Assembly (NCBI GenBank): GCA_963805085.1
Contig: CAWDTA010000002.1
Span: 864,001 to 928,000 of the forward strand
Length of the DNA: 64,000 nucleotides
Reading direction: 5' to 3'
DNA from: an uncultured Veillonellaceae bacterium
GTDB lineage: Bacteria > Bacillota > Negativicutes > JARBTT01
Part shown: piece after piece, positions 29,203-38,931 of the stretch
Layout of the letters: each line of letters opens with the position of its first letter
Numbering within the stretch: position 1 is the first letter of the stretch
Translations under genes and position numbers: made by a program
Notes under the pieces: generated by a model
Told to the model about the DNA's origin: nothing
Database searches by the model: none
What the model saw: the letters and a program-made list of their open reading frames with translations, nothing else

Positions 29203-30486
29203 ATGTCAGCAGTTGTTGTAATGGGGACTCAATGGGGAGACGAAGGTAAAGGTAAAATCGTTGACTATTTAGCAGAAAAAGCGGATACAGTGGTTCGTTA
29301 TCAAGGAGGTAGCAACGCAGGGCATACTGTTGTTGTAAACGGCAAAGAATTTAAATTGCGGTTATTGCCTTCAGGAATTTTATATAAAGGGAAGAAATGT
29401 GTCGTTGCTAACGGCGTTGTTGTTGATCCTGAAGTATTACTACAAGAAATGGATGGGATGCAAGAAAAAGGCATTGATGTAGAAGGTATCAGACTTTCTA
29501 ATCGCGCCCATGTAATCATGCCTTATCATAAATTGATCGATGAGCTTTTTGAAGAAGCACGTGGCGTGAACAAAATTGGTACGACGAAACGTGGTATCGG
29601 TCCTTGCTATATCGATAAAGACGATCGTATTGGGATCCGTGTTTGTGATTTAATGGACGAGGAAGAATTTTCCATTAAATTAAAAGCAAATATTGAACTT
29701 AAGAACAAAATGCTCAAAGCTGTTTACAATCAAGAAGGCTTTGATTTTGAAACAGTAAAAAAAGAATATCTTGCTTATGCAGATCGTTTACGCAAGCATG
29801 TTATTGATACTTCCGCATTATTGAATGAAGAAATCAAAGCGGGTAAAAAAGTATTATTTGAAGGGGCTCAAGCTACGATGCTTGATCTTGATCATGGTAC
29901 ATATCCTTATGTTACATCCTCACATCCAATTGCTGGTGGTGTATGCGTAGGTGCTGGCGTTGGTCCAAATAAAATCGGCACTGTTGTCGGTGTTGTAAAA
30001 GCATATTGCACACGTGTTGGTGAAGGTCCATTCCCAACAGAACAATTAAACGAAATTGGTGAGAAGATTCGTAGTTGTGGTCGTGAATTCGGTACAGTAA
30101 CTGGCCGTCCTCGTCGGTGTGGTTGGTTAGATGCCTGCGTTGTTCGTTATGCTGGCTATTTAAGCGGAATCGACTACATGGCAATTACACGTCTTGATAT
30201 TTTAGATACATTTGAAGAAATCAAAATGTGTGTTGGTTATAAATATAAAGGTGAATTGATCAATGAAATGCCAGCAAGTCTTAAAGTATATGCTGAAGTT
30301 GAACCAGTATATGAAACTTTTGAAGGCTGGAATACAGATATCAGTGGTGTTCGTTCTTATGATGCATTGCCTGCAAATGCACGCAAATATGTAGAACGTA
30401 TGGCTGAAGTAACTGGGATTAACCTTGGTATTATCTCTGTTGGTCCAGGTCGTGATCAAACAATTATTTTAAAAGAAGTATTTTAG
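29203..30486 (+). CDS. purA: Adenylosuccinate synthetase
   Basis: QWGDEGKGK, GGSNAGHT, GTTKRGIGP, GTVTGRPRRCGWLD. Confidence 0.98.
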   Translation: MSAVVVMGTQWGDEGKGKIVDYLAEKADTVVRYQGGSNAGHTVVVNGKEFKLRLLPSGILYKGKKCVVANGVVVDPEVLLQEMDGMQEKGIDVEGIRLSNRAHVIMPYHKLIDELFEEARGVNKIGTTKRGIGPCYIDKDDRIGIRVCDLMDEEEFSIKLKANIELKNKMLKAVYNQEGFDFETVKKEYLAYADRLRKHVIDTSALLNEEIKAGKKVLFEGAQATMLDLDHGTYPYVTSSHPIAGGVCVGAGVGPNKIGTVVGVVKAYCTRVGEGPFPTEQLNEIGEKIRSCGREFGTVTGRPRRCGWLDACVVRYAGYLSGIDYMAITRLDILDTFEEIKMCVGYKYKGELINEMPASLKVYAEVEPVYETFEGWNTDISGVRSYDALPANARKYVERMAEVTGINLGIISVGPGRDQTIILKEVF

Positions 30487-30492
30487 TATAAG

Positions 30493-30531
30493 AAAAAGCG
30501 GCGATTCTTGTCAAAGAATCGCTGCTTTTTT
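30493..30531 (+). terminator. Intrinsic terminator after purA
   Basis: aaaaagcggcgattct / agaatcgctgcttttt. Confidence 0.85.
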
Positions 30532-30552
30532 GCTTTTTAGTAGTGAAAAGTG

Positions 30553-30581
30553 TTGACAAGAAAGATATTGTGCTATATAAT
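30553..30581 (+). promoter_or_regulatory. Sigma-A promoter of tRNA-Lys
   Basis: TTGACA-17 nt-TATAAT. Confidence 0.85.
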
Positions 30582-30605
30582 ATTATCTTGTGAGAACACA
30601 AAAAT

Positions 30606-30681
30606 GATCCACTAGCTCAGTTGGTAGAGCATCTGACTTTTAATCAGGGTGTCCCGCGTTCGAGTCGCGGGTGGGTCACCA
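30606..30681 (+). tRNA. tRNA-Lys(UUU)
   Basis: 76-nt cloverleaf, anticodon loop CT-TTT-AA, TTCGA T-loop, encoded CCA. Confidence 0.97.
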
Positions 30682-30741
30682 TCGTAATTAATGCCTTTTA
30701 AACTTTGGTTTGAAGGGCTTTTTTGTTGTAGCAAAACTTAG

Positions 30742-30797
30742 ATAAAAAGTAGTTACAAAAACTTCACACCTGAGAAGTTTTTGTAACTACTTTTTAT
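30742..30797. terminator. Long perfect inverted repeat, terminator of the EAL-HDOD gene
   Basis: ataaaaagtagttacaaaaacttc / gaagtttttgtaactactttttat (24-bp arms). Confidence 0.7.
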
Positions 30798-30805
30798 GTA
30801 TTATG

Positions 30806-32038
30806 TCAGTAATTGCACAGCATTAAGTCATGAGCCCAGATTAAAGATTCTCGATAGGCTTTTAATACTGCATGTTCGTCGATTCCGAGTTCATTTAAGT
30901 AACTGGAATAGGCTTTCCAATCTCCTGATTCATAAGTTTTGATTAACATATATAATACGAAAAATTGGTTGTGCTCTTTTTCGATAAGTGCTTGCTTAAT
31001 ATCTTCATCCAAAGAGATTTCATTGAGTATTGCATTTAGCGGGCGGTCAAGGAGAACATCAATATGAGAGAGCATTCCCATCAGAAAAGCATCAGAAGAT
31101 CGTTGCTCTGACATTTTTATTGACGCCAGTTTTTCGGCAAAACGGGCACGAATCAGAGAGTTTAAAATCAATTCGCTAGGCTTATCATTGGCAACGCCTT
31201 TGAGGGCGATCAGCGATATCCATTTTGTTATCTCTTTTTGTCCTAATAGTGTCAAGGCATGTTGCAAAGAACTAATTTTAGTTTTGAATCCAAAGATAGA
31301 GGAGTTGATAAATTTTAATAGCTTATATGATAAAGAAACATCTTGTTTTATGATGGCTTCAATTTTTTTAAAGTCAAGTTCTGGTTGATTGATTTCTCGT
31401 AAAATTCGCAGATAATTTGTTTTGTAACTAGGTAATGTCTTGCCAGAAAGGATCAATGGTTTACAAAAGAAATATCCTTGAAAATAGGAGTATCCCATAT
31501 GTCGTGCAGATTGAAACTCTTCTTGCGTTTCTACTTTCTCAGCAAGAAATTTGATCGGGTAACTGCGCAGTCGTTGGATGATATCTCTACATTCATTTGG
31601 TGACGTATTACGAAAATCAATTTTAATGATATCGGCTAATTCAATCAGTGGAAGATAGCTTTGCGTAAACACAAAATCATCTAGGATGATTAAATAGCCA
31701 CCTTTTTTTAGTTTTTTACAAACGGTGATGATTTCTTCATCAGGAATAATATCTTCTAAAATCTCTATGCCGATTAGTTCTTTTGGTAGCATAGCAGGAA
31801 GATTATTTTTTAAGGAATTGGCAGTGAAGTTAATGAAGGCTTTTTTACCATAGGTTAGCGTGTCTATGCCGATGAATAAAAAACTATTCGTAATAACATC
31901 TAAGGTTGCTTGATCACCGTCAATTGCAGTATAGCTATTCCTACAACTATTACGAAATAGTAATTCATATCCAAATACATTTAAATTGGTATCAAAAATT
32001 GGTTGTCGAGCTACATGGACTTCTTGTTCCTGTGTCAT
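30806..32038 (-). CDS. EAL and HDOD domain protein (YuxH/PdeH-like c-di-GMP phosphodiesterase)
   Basis: ARQPI..YELLFR, LDDF, LAEKVET, FQGYFF; HDOD D.SLSYKLLKFINS. Confidence 0.93.
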   Translation of the reverse strand: MTQEQEVHVARQPIFDTNLNVFGYELLFRNSCRNSYTAIDGDQATLDVITNSFLFIGIDTLTYGKKAFINFTANSLKNNLPAMLPKELIGIEILEDIIPDEEIITVCKKLKKGGYLIILDDFVFTQSYLPLIELADIIKIDFRNTSPNECRDIIQRLRSYPIKFLAEKVETQEEFQSARHMGYSYFQGYFFCKPLILSGKTLPSYKTNYLRILREINQPELDFKKIEAIIKQDVSLSYKLLKFINSSIFGFKTKISSLQHALTLLGQKEITKWISLIALKGVANDKPSELILNSLIRARFAEKLASIKMSEQRSSDAFLMGMLSHIDVLLDRPLNAILNEISLDEDIKQALIEKEHNQFFVLYMLIKTYESGDWKAYSSYLNELGIDEHAVLKAYRESLIWAHDLMLCNY

Positions 32039-32655
32039 AATAAGCTCCTTTCATAATTGCCTTTATGCTGTGATAAGGTTAATCAAAGGTAGTACTAGTA
32101 GTTGCTTTATAATTTTCTTTATTCTTACTTTAAAGCTAGTTCGATGGATCCGATAATGCTCTGAAAGAGGGTTCTTGACCAATGACACTAGCCATGCAAT
32201 TTTTACTATATGCTACTAAAATCGTTAAGATGATATCTTTAGCATATTTTTAGGTTGGTTTCGCAATTTATTCGTTGACCTACTGGTCATAATAATGCAG
32301 CAAAGATAAATTGATAGAAAAATTCCAGGCAAAATCAGTTTCAGGAAGAAGTCGTTATGATAGCTTCGAGTGGCACAGTAGTTGTAAATGTGAAAAAAGT
32401 TAATATTCAATTAATTCACAAAAATCTTTCTTAATGCAAAGTAATTATTACAGAAACCTTGCATATTATACCATTTTCTACAAAGATAAAAAAAATCCTG
32501 CATAATCGGCTCGTGTAAAAGTTTTAACTAGTAAAGAGAAGGACATAGCCTAGCGCGATTATAGCAAAAAAGAGGGTTGGAAATATGATAAATTTTATGA
32601 TAAATTGAAATAGTAACTAAAAATGATTTTTTAAAAGTGCAATTTGGAGGTAACT

Positions 32656-33078
32656 ATGCAATATCGAGTACAAGAAAATACAGATAACGTCGATTGGCAA
32701 ATAGTTTGTAAGTTATTAGAAGAAGCTGGCTTGGCAACTCATCCTGTAGAACTGACGAGAAAAGCCTTTGAAAGTAGCTACCGTGTAGTTTTTGTTTTTG
32801 ACAATGAAAATTTGATTGGTGTAGGGAGGGCAATTTCCGATGGTGCTTATCAAGCGGCAATCTACGATATTGCTGTGCTGCCTTCCTATCAAGGGAAAAA
32901 AGTTGGTAGAATGATTATGGATGAAATTCACAAAGGCTTGCAAAATATCAATAGTATCTTATATGCAAGCCCCGGAAAAGAAGTTTTTTATAAAAAGTTA
33001 GGGTATAGTAATATGCTTACAGGCATGGCAAAGTTTCAGAATCAAGATATAATGCATGAAAAAGGCTTTATCGATTGA
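32656..33078 (+). CDS. GNAT family N-acetyltransferase
   Basis: GRAISDG..IYDIAVLPSYQGKKVG..FYKKLGY. Confidence 0.92.
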   Translation: MQYRVQENTDNVDWQIVCKLLEEAGLATHPVELTRKAFESSYRVVFVFDNENLIGVGRAISDGAYQAAIYDIAVLPSYQGKKVGRMIMDEIHKGLQNINSILYASPGKEVFYKKLGYSNMLTGMAKFQNQDIMHEKGFID

Positions 33079-33127
33079 TCTGAACATAGTTTAATAAATT
33101 TTGTGACCGTATTAGGAGGGCTCAGCG

Positions 33128-33916
33128 TTGTTTTCACAAGAAATAACAGAGCAATATCTATATCATTACACAACCTTGGAAACTGCAATTGAAAAAATAT
33201 TATACTCTGGGCAATTGAGGTTAGGTCCTTTTGAGCAAACCAATGATCCGCGTGAATCACAGAATTGGGGAATTGGCAGTGTTGAAGGTGCGAGAAATGA
33301 TCGTTCCTTCGGTAAGCTAATAGAGTTGATTAATGAGGATAGATTGAAACGATGTAAAGTATTATGTTTGACTAGAGACGATATGGAACATCATCGATTG
33401 GGTTTTGGACGACGTGGTTTTGCACGTGCGAGGATGTGGGCGCAATATGCAGGAAACCATAGGGGAATATGTCTCATCTTCGATGCTGCAAAATTAGAGG
33501 CAATAATCAATAGAACATTAGGACGCAAGGGGAAAATTTATAAAGGAATCGTAGAATACACAGATTCAGTAGCTGCTGTGACAGAAGCATCAACGTTTAG
33601 GCTAGAGAAAGGTTGCAAAGAAAAACTTGAACTGATCGTTAAAAAGCATATTGATCAGTATGCAAATACGATATTTTTCAATAAAAATCGTGACTGGAAA
33701 GATGAAACGGAATATCGCTATGTATTTTATTCGGATGATAGCGAATATCAATTTATCAAAATTGATAACGTCCTAAAAGGATTGGTGCTGGGGGGAGATT
33801 TTCCTCAAGTGTATTATCCAGTCATTGAGTATTTCAAGGAAAAATATTGTTTAGAGGTAAGGTGCATGAGCTGGGATAATGGGATACCTTATATTCGTAT
33901 AGTTGAATCGTTTTAA
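33128..33916 (+). CDS. DUF2971 domain protein
   Basis: LYHYT, NDPRE, MWAQYAGNHRGICLIFD, KNRDWKDETEYR. Confidence 0.85.
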   Translation: MFSQEITEQYLYHYTTLETAIEKILYSGQLRLGPFEQTNDPRESQNWGIGSVEGARNDRSFGKLIELINEDRLKRCKVLCLTRDDMEHHRLGFGRRGFARARMWAQYAGNHRGICLIFDAAKLEAIINRTLGRKGKIYKGIVEYTDSVAAVTEASTFRLEKGCKEKLELIVKKHIDQYANTIFFNKNRDWKDETEYRYVFYSDDSEYQFIKIDNVLKGLVLGGDFPQVYYPVIEYFKEKYCLEVRCMSWDNGIPYIRIVESF

Positions 33917-34009
33917 TGATTATTTTCAGAGTAATTAGACAATTATTTGTATTTATATGGTAAGTGTATTATAATATTAGTGATTATAACAGAAAGGAGT
34001 TGTTGTTGT

Positions 34010-34066
34010 ATGTTTAACAACACTGCGTTAAGAATTGTAGTAAATGGGGAGGTGTATGCAAAATAA
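34010..34066 (+). CDS. Candidate leader peptide MFNNTALRIVVNGEVYAK
   Basis: AGAAAGGAG RBS; its 3' end overlaps hairpin gggagg..cctccc; followed by a hairpin adjacent to the rsgA RBS. Confidence 0.5.
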   Translation: MFNNTALRIVVNGEVYAK

Positions 34067-34120
34067 TTTAGTGTATAAACCTCCCGTAAAGTTCCGATTG
34101 AAACTTTAGGAGGATAAAAA

Positions 34121-34699
34121 TTGAACAGAATAGATATGAAAAAATTGGGACTCAGTCAGAGATTTATCACGGAGTCTACTTTATATACAGGGCTTTATAT
34201 TGGTCGAGTAATTTCCCAGTATAAAGATTTATACAAGATTGCAACAGAAAATGGCGAGTTAGCAGCCGAGATTTCAGGTAAGTTTCGTTTTACGGTAAAA
34301 TTTTTATCTGATTATCCTGAGGTTGGTGATTTTGTTATGCTTGATCGGAACGAGAATACCAGTGGTAATGCGATTATTCACCACGTTTTAACAAGGAAAA
34401 GTGCCTTTATTAGAAAGGCGGCAGGCACATCAAATAATGAACAAATTGTAGCTGCAAAGTGCAAATTTCACGATTGTACACATAGGAAAGAGCCAAACTG
34501 TGCAGTTCAAAAGGCAATACATGCTGGCCTTTTAGCTGAGGAAAGGTTCGTAAGCTATGGGAAACTCCAAAAGGAAGCGCAGTATGAAGGCTTAAATTCT
34601 AAACAGATAGAAACGGAAAAGATTACGACAATGTTTGCTGAAGTGGGCGGGATGAAAAACGCACGAAAGCTTATCAAATCGAAGCATAAAAAAAGATGA
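34121..34699 (+). pseudogene. rsgA: RsgA paralogue with in-frame deletion of the GTPase core
   Basis: OB-fold (VGDFV..L.RKSAFIRK..EQIVAA) joins directly to the Zn finger CKFHDCTHRKEPNC; no NKxD, GxxGxGKS or DTPG. Confidence 0.85.
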
Positions 34700-34791
34700 G
34701 AATTTTGATATCGTTAAATTTAACCTATTGATATTACCTATATTGAGATCGTCGAAGGGGTGGCAGGAATCAATCGCGACCAATGGAAACT

Positions 34792-34857
34792 ATAATAATA
34801 TAAGAGACCTCATATCGTTATTTTTTATTCACGGTATGAGGTCTCTTATATTATTAT
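34792..34857. terminator. Long inverted repeat, bidirectional terminator
   Basis: ataataatataagagacctcata / tatgaggtctcttatattattat. Confidence 0.75.
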
Positions 34858-34921
34858 GTCTGTTTTTATAGGTTCAGCTTAAAACTTAACACAGTCTTTT
34901 GGTATAGAGTACGGTATTTTA

Positions 34922-35815
34922 CTACATGGATGTTGTATTGTGCAAAGCAAGCTGCGCAAAATGGTCTATAGTAAACTCACGAAATAAGCGCGCTGCTTGT
35001 GGCAGATAGTGCTCTGCTGTCCAGGATAGTACAAGAGTTCGTTTGCATGCAGGATCTTCAATGTGTAAAAGAAACATTGAAGATCCTGTGGAGCCCTCCC
35101 ATGTAATTGCTGGGAGAAATGCAATGCCTTGCCCAGCGTTGATTAAACCTCGTACTGTTGCAGGATCATCACTTTCAAAGATGATATTAGGAGTAAAGCC
35201 TGCATATTGGCAAAAGTTATCCGTTGTTTCTCTTAGAGGTGTACCAGGTTTTAGATTAATAAAATCATCACCAGCAACCTCTCTTAGGTGGATGCTTTTT
35301 CGTTTAGCTAGGCGATGAGCTGCAGGTACGGCTAGAAAAATTTCCTCTGTTAATAAGGGGAAATTTTCAATTCCATGGAGATTCAGTGGTGCTGAAGATA
35401 TACATAGATCGAAGTCTGGACCGGTAATTGACTTTGAAAAATGCTGCATTAGTTTAAATCTTATATGTGGATGCTTCTGTCGAAATGAGGTCAATAGTCC
35501 AGGGAGTAGATTTGATCCTACAATAATTGCAAGTTTAACATCTCCAAAGGTTTCTCCGATCAAATCGCTTAGTTCACGTTTTCCGTCTTCTAGTAAAGTT
35601 AGTGATTGTTCTACTCTTTTTAAAAAGGTTTTACCAAATTGATTTAACTGTATGTATTTACCGTGACGATCAAATAATTGAACACCAAGTTCTTTTTCTA
35701 AAAGTCCAATGGTTTTACTAAGTGCGGGTTGGGCGATACGAAGTTCTCCTGCTGCTCTTGTTACGTGTTCATAGCGAGCGACTGTCTGAAAATATTTTAG
35801 TTGCAATAAATCCAT
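34922..35815 (-). CDS. LysR-family regulator of the malonate operon (MdcR-like)
   Basis: MDLLQLKYF..TRAA.EL.IAQPALSKTI..LEKELGVQLFDR; divergent from mdcA. Confidence 0.93.
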   Translation of the reverse strand: MDLLQLKYFQTVARYEHVTRAAGELRIAQPALSKTIGLLEKELGVQLFDRHGKYIQLNQFGKTFLKRVEQSLTLLEDGKRELSDLIGETFGDVKLAIIVGSNLLPGLLTSFRQKHPHIRFKLMQHFSKSITGPDFDLCISSAPLNLHGIENFPLLTEEIFLAVPAAHRLAKRKSIHLREVAGDDFINLKPGTPLRETTDNFCQYAGFTPNIIFESDDPATVRGLINAGQGIAFLPAITWEGSTGSSMFLLHIEDPACKRTLVLSWTAEHYLPQAARLFREFTIDHFAQLALHNTTSM

Positions 35816-35828
35816 AATTTTACCTTTC

Positions 35829-35865
35829 ATATACTTATATATATAAGATATATATATAAGTATAT
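35829..35865. promoter_or_regulatory. AT-rich palindrome, probable LysR operator
   Basis: atatacttatatatat-aagat-atatatataagtatat (16-bp perfect arms) between lysR and mdcA. Confidence 0.5.
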
Positions 35866-36020
35866 ATTGGACGTTATGTATTTGACAAGTATATAATCCA
35901 AATTAAGAAAGAAATAGATTGAGAAGTTGTTCGAAATTATTTCTTTAATTGAATGATCATTCAAAGGCTTAGTTTGTACAAATTTAAAATCGTTATACAA
36001 AGAAAGGGGAATAATACAGC

Positions 36021-37682
36021 ATGAATCAATTGAATTTTAATCTCAATTCTCAGCGTTCATGGACTACTCGTCGTGATAAGAAAGCCGATCAAATTTTTCA
36101 AGTAGAGCGCATAGTGAAAGGTAAGGTCATCCCCACGAACAAAATAGTTGAAGTACTTGAAGTCCTTATCGCATCTGGGGATCGCGTAGCTTTAGAAGGA
36201 AATAATCAAAAACAGGCATCTTTTCTTTCTACAGCTCTTTCACAAGTAAATCCAGATAAAATTAGCAATTTACACATGATCATGTCAAGTGTTTCAAGAC
36301 CAGAACATCTTGATATTTTTGAAAAAGGAATTGCAAAAAAATTAGATTTTTCTTATTCAGGACCTCAAAGCTTGCGTATGGCACAGATGATTGAGGATGG
36401 GAAAGTGGAGATTTCATCAATTCATACTTATCTTGAATTATATGCACGGCTTTTTGTTGAGCTTACGCCAAACATTGCATTGGTTGCAGCAGATAAGGCA
36501 GATGCAGCGGGAAATCTTTATACAGGGGCGAATACGGAAGAGACTCCAACGATAGTTGAAGCTACAGCGTTTCGTGATGGAATTGTTATTGCTCAAGTTA
36601 ATGAACTTGATGATGATCTACCTAGAGTTGATATACCTGGTTCATGGGTAGATTTTGTGGTTGTCGCTGACAAGCCATATCAATTGGAAGCTCTATTTAC
36701 TAGAGATCCTAGAAATATTACTGAAACGCAAATTCTTATGGCAATGATGGCTATTCGTGGGATATATGAACGTCATAATGTAGCATCTCTTAATCATGGA
36801 GTCGGTTTTAATACGGCAGCCATAGAATTACTTCTTCCTACTTACGGTGAATCACTTGGACTCAAGGGGAAAATTTGCAAAAACTGGACGTTAAACCCAC
36901 ATCCTACATTGATTCCTGCTATTGAAAGTGGTTGGGTAGAAAGTGTGCATTGCTTTGGTGGAGAAGTAGGTATGGAAAAATATGTTGCAGCACGACCAGA
37001 TGTTTTTTTCACAGGACGTGACGGAAGTTTACGTTCCAATCGTGCAATGTGCCAAGTTGCTGGTCAATATGCTGTTGATATGTTCATTGGATCAACTCTC
37101 CAGATGGATGGTGATGGAAATTCTTCAACTGTTACGTTAGGTAGGCTTGCTGGTTTTGGTGGCGCTCCTAACATGGGATCTGATGCTCGTGGTCGAAGAC
37201 ATGCATCAAATGCATGGTTAAATATGATTACTGAGGATAATGATATTGCTCGTGGACAAAAGTTAGTTGTACAAATAGCTGAAACTTTCCAGAAGGGAAA
37301 TGCTCCTGTTATTATAGAATCTCTTGATGCAATTCAAGTTGGACGTAATGCTAATTTACCAATTGCTCCAGTGATGATTTATGGTGATGATGTTACACAT
37401 GTATTAACTGAGGAAGGAATTGCTTATTTATACAAAGCACATAGCTTGGAAGAACGACGTCAAGCATTAGCTGCTATTGCAGGGGTAACTTCAATTGGAT
37501 TACAACATAATCCTAAAATTACTGAAAAATTAAGACAAGATGGAATTGTCGCTTTACCAGAGGATCTTCAAATAAGACGAACTGATGCCAAACGTTCCTT
37601 ACTAGCAGCAAAGAGTATCGATGATCTTGTGAGCTGGTCTGGAGGGTTATACGAACCACCAGCTAAGTTTCGTAGTTGGTAA
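36021..37682 (+). CDS. mdcA: Malonate decarboxylase alpha subunit
   Basis: GDRVALEGNNQKQA, HTYLELYAR, GFGGAPNMG, VMIYGDDVTH, YEPPAKFRSW. Confidence 0.97.
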   Translation: MNQLNFNLNSQRSWTTRRDKKADQIFQVERIVKGKVIPTNKIVEVLEVLIASGDRVALEGNNQKQASFLSTALSQVNPDKISNLHMIMSSVSRPEHLDIFEKGIAKKLDFSYSGPQSLRMAQMIEDGKVEISSIHTYLELYARLFVELTPNIALVAADKADAAGNLYTGANTEETPTIVEATAFRDGIVIAQVNELDDDLPRVDIPGSWVDFVVVADKPYQLEALFTRDPRNITETQILMAMMAIRGIYERHNVASLNHGVGFNTAAIELLLPTYGESLGLKGKICKNWTLNPHPTLIPAIESGWVESVHCFGGEVGMEKYVAARPDVFFTGRDGSLRSNRAMCQVAGQYAVDMFIGSTLQMDGDGNSSTVTLGRLAGFGGAPNMGSDARGRRHASNAWLNMITEDNDIARGQKLVVQIAETFQKGNAPVIIESLDAIQVGRNANLPIAPVMIYGDDVTHVLTEEGIAYLYKAHSLEERRQALAAIAGVTSIGLQHNPKITEKLRQDGIVALPEDLQIRRTDAKRSLLAAKSIDDLVSWSGGLYEPPAKFRSW

Positions 37683-37690
37683 AAACTAAA

Positions 37691-38530
37691 ATGAAATATT
37701 GGTGGGATAGTGAGATTGAATGTGGTGAGTTGCTTGGGAGGTTAGCAGTTTCGGCACTGATAGAAGAAGCACAGCTTACCCCAAAGCCAGCGTTGGTAGA
37801 TAGGAATACCTCTGGAGCGCATACAGATCTTAATATAGATATAATGCTTCGGTCAGCCAAAGCATTATATAGTACTTTCACAGAGATAGGTAGAGTAGCT
37901 TTTTTGCAAAAACCAAGTCAAATGATGCGGGAGAAAATCGCTATTATTGGGCGTAGTGGGGAAGAAATAATGTTAAATGCAACTGGAGGAACTAATACCC
38001 ACAAAGGCGCAATATGGGCACTCGGATTACTAACTGCGGCGGCGGCAATAAACAAGCCTGGTACAGCTGCAAAAGAAATTGCAGTAACGGCTAGTGAAAT
38101 TGCTAGATATTCTGATACATTGGCAACTAAAAAAGTATCTAATGGAAGTCTTGTGATACATAAATATGGCGTGCAAGGAGCAAAAGGGGAGGCTCAAAAT
38201 GGATTTCCTCATGTTGTTGACATCGCTTTACCAGCTTTGTATAAAGCTAGAGAACGTGGTATTCCTGAATCTTTTGCAAGAATTGATACACTTATAGCAA
38301 TTATAGGACATCTGGATGATACATGTTTATTGCATAGAGGTGGTCTGGAAGCGCTAATGGCAGCTAAGAATGGAGCAAGGAAAGTATTGAAGGTAGGCGG
38401 AACTTCCACTGAAGCAGGGTGGAGTGCACTTCATAAGTTAGACCAAGAGTTGGTTAACCGTAATGCTTCGCCAGGTGGTAGTGCTGATTTGCTTGCTGCT
38501 ACATTGTTTCTTGATAAATTGAATGGTTGA
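37691..38530 (+). CDS. mdcB: Triphosphoribosyl-dephospho-CoA synthase
   Basis: LTPKPALVD..GAHTD, NTHKGAIW, DTCLLHRGG, SPGGSADLLA; start approximate. Confidence 0.93.
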   Translation: MKYWWDSEIECGELLGRLAVSALIEEAQLTPKPALVDRNTSGAHTDLNIDIMLRSAKALYSTFTEIGRVAFLQKPSQMMREKIAIIGRSGEEIMLNATGGTNTHKGAIWALGLLTAAAAINKPGTAAKEIAVTASEIARYSDTLATKKVSNGSLVIHKYGVQGAKGEAQNGFPHVVDIALPALYKARERGIPESFARIDTLIAIIGHLDDTCLLHRGGLEALMAAKNGARKVLKVGGTSTEAGWSALHKLDQELVNRNASPGGSADLLAATLFLDKLNG

Positions 38531-38622
38531 AAAAGAATTAAAATCTTACTAATTCAAAATATGTTTCAAAAGAATGCACATTGAATATGAGTTATCTTAT
38601 TAAATTTTGGAGGTGGCCCAAT

Positions 38623-38931
38623 ATGGAGAAATTGACATTTGAATATGCCGCAACTAAGCCTATAGCTCAACGTGCATATGTAGGCGTAGTGGGATCTGGA
38701 GACTTAGAAATTTTGATGGAACCATCAAAAAAACAAAAATCATATGTAGTTGTAAAAACTAGATTTGATGGATACGGAGAAATATGGAAAAATATATTAA
38801 ATAGATTCTTTGATTCTAATAATATCATTGCAAATATTGAAATTAACGATTTTGGTGCAACACCTGGTGTCGTTACCATGAGACTTTTACAAGCTTTGGA
38901 GGTGAGTAGTAATGAATATAATGAAAAATAG
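38623..38931 (+). CDS. mdcC: Malonate decarboxylase acyl carrier protein (delta subunit)
   Basis: GVVGSGDLEIL (prosthetic-group Ser), INDFGATPGVV. Confidence 0.93.
   Translation: MEKLTFEYAATKPIAQRAYVGVVGSGDLEILMEPSKKQKSYVVVKTRFDGYGEIWKNILNRFFDSNNIIANIEINDFGATPGVVTMRLLQALEVSSNEYNEK

Noticed and set aside
32225-32410. 61-aa minus-strand ORF with a hydrophobic patch
   Set aside because: Non-ATG start, no RBS and no motif; may be a remnant but cannot be supported
32040-32500. c-di-GMP riboswitch upstream of the EAL-HDOD gene
   Set aside because: Neither the class I (GGCAAA..GCAAA) nor the class II core is recognisable
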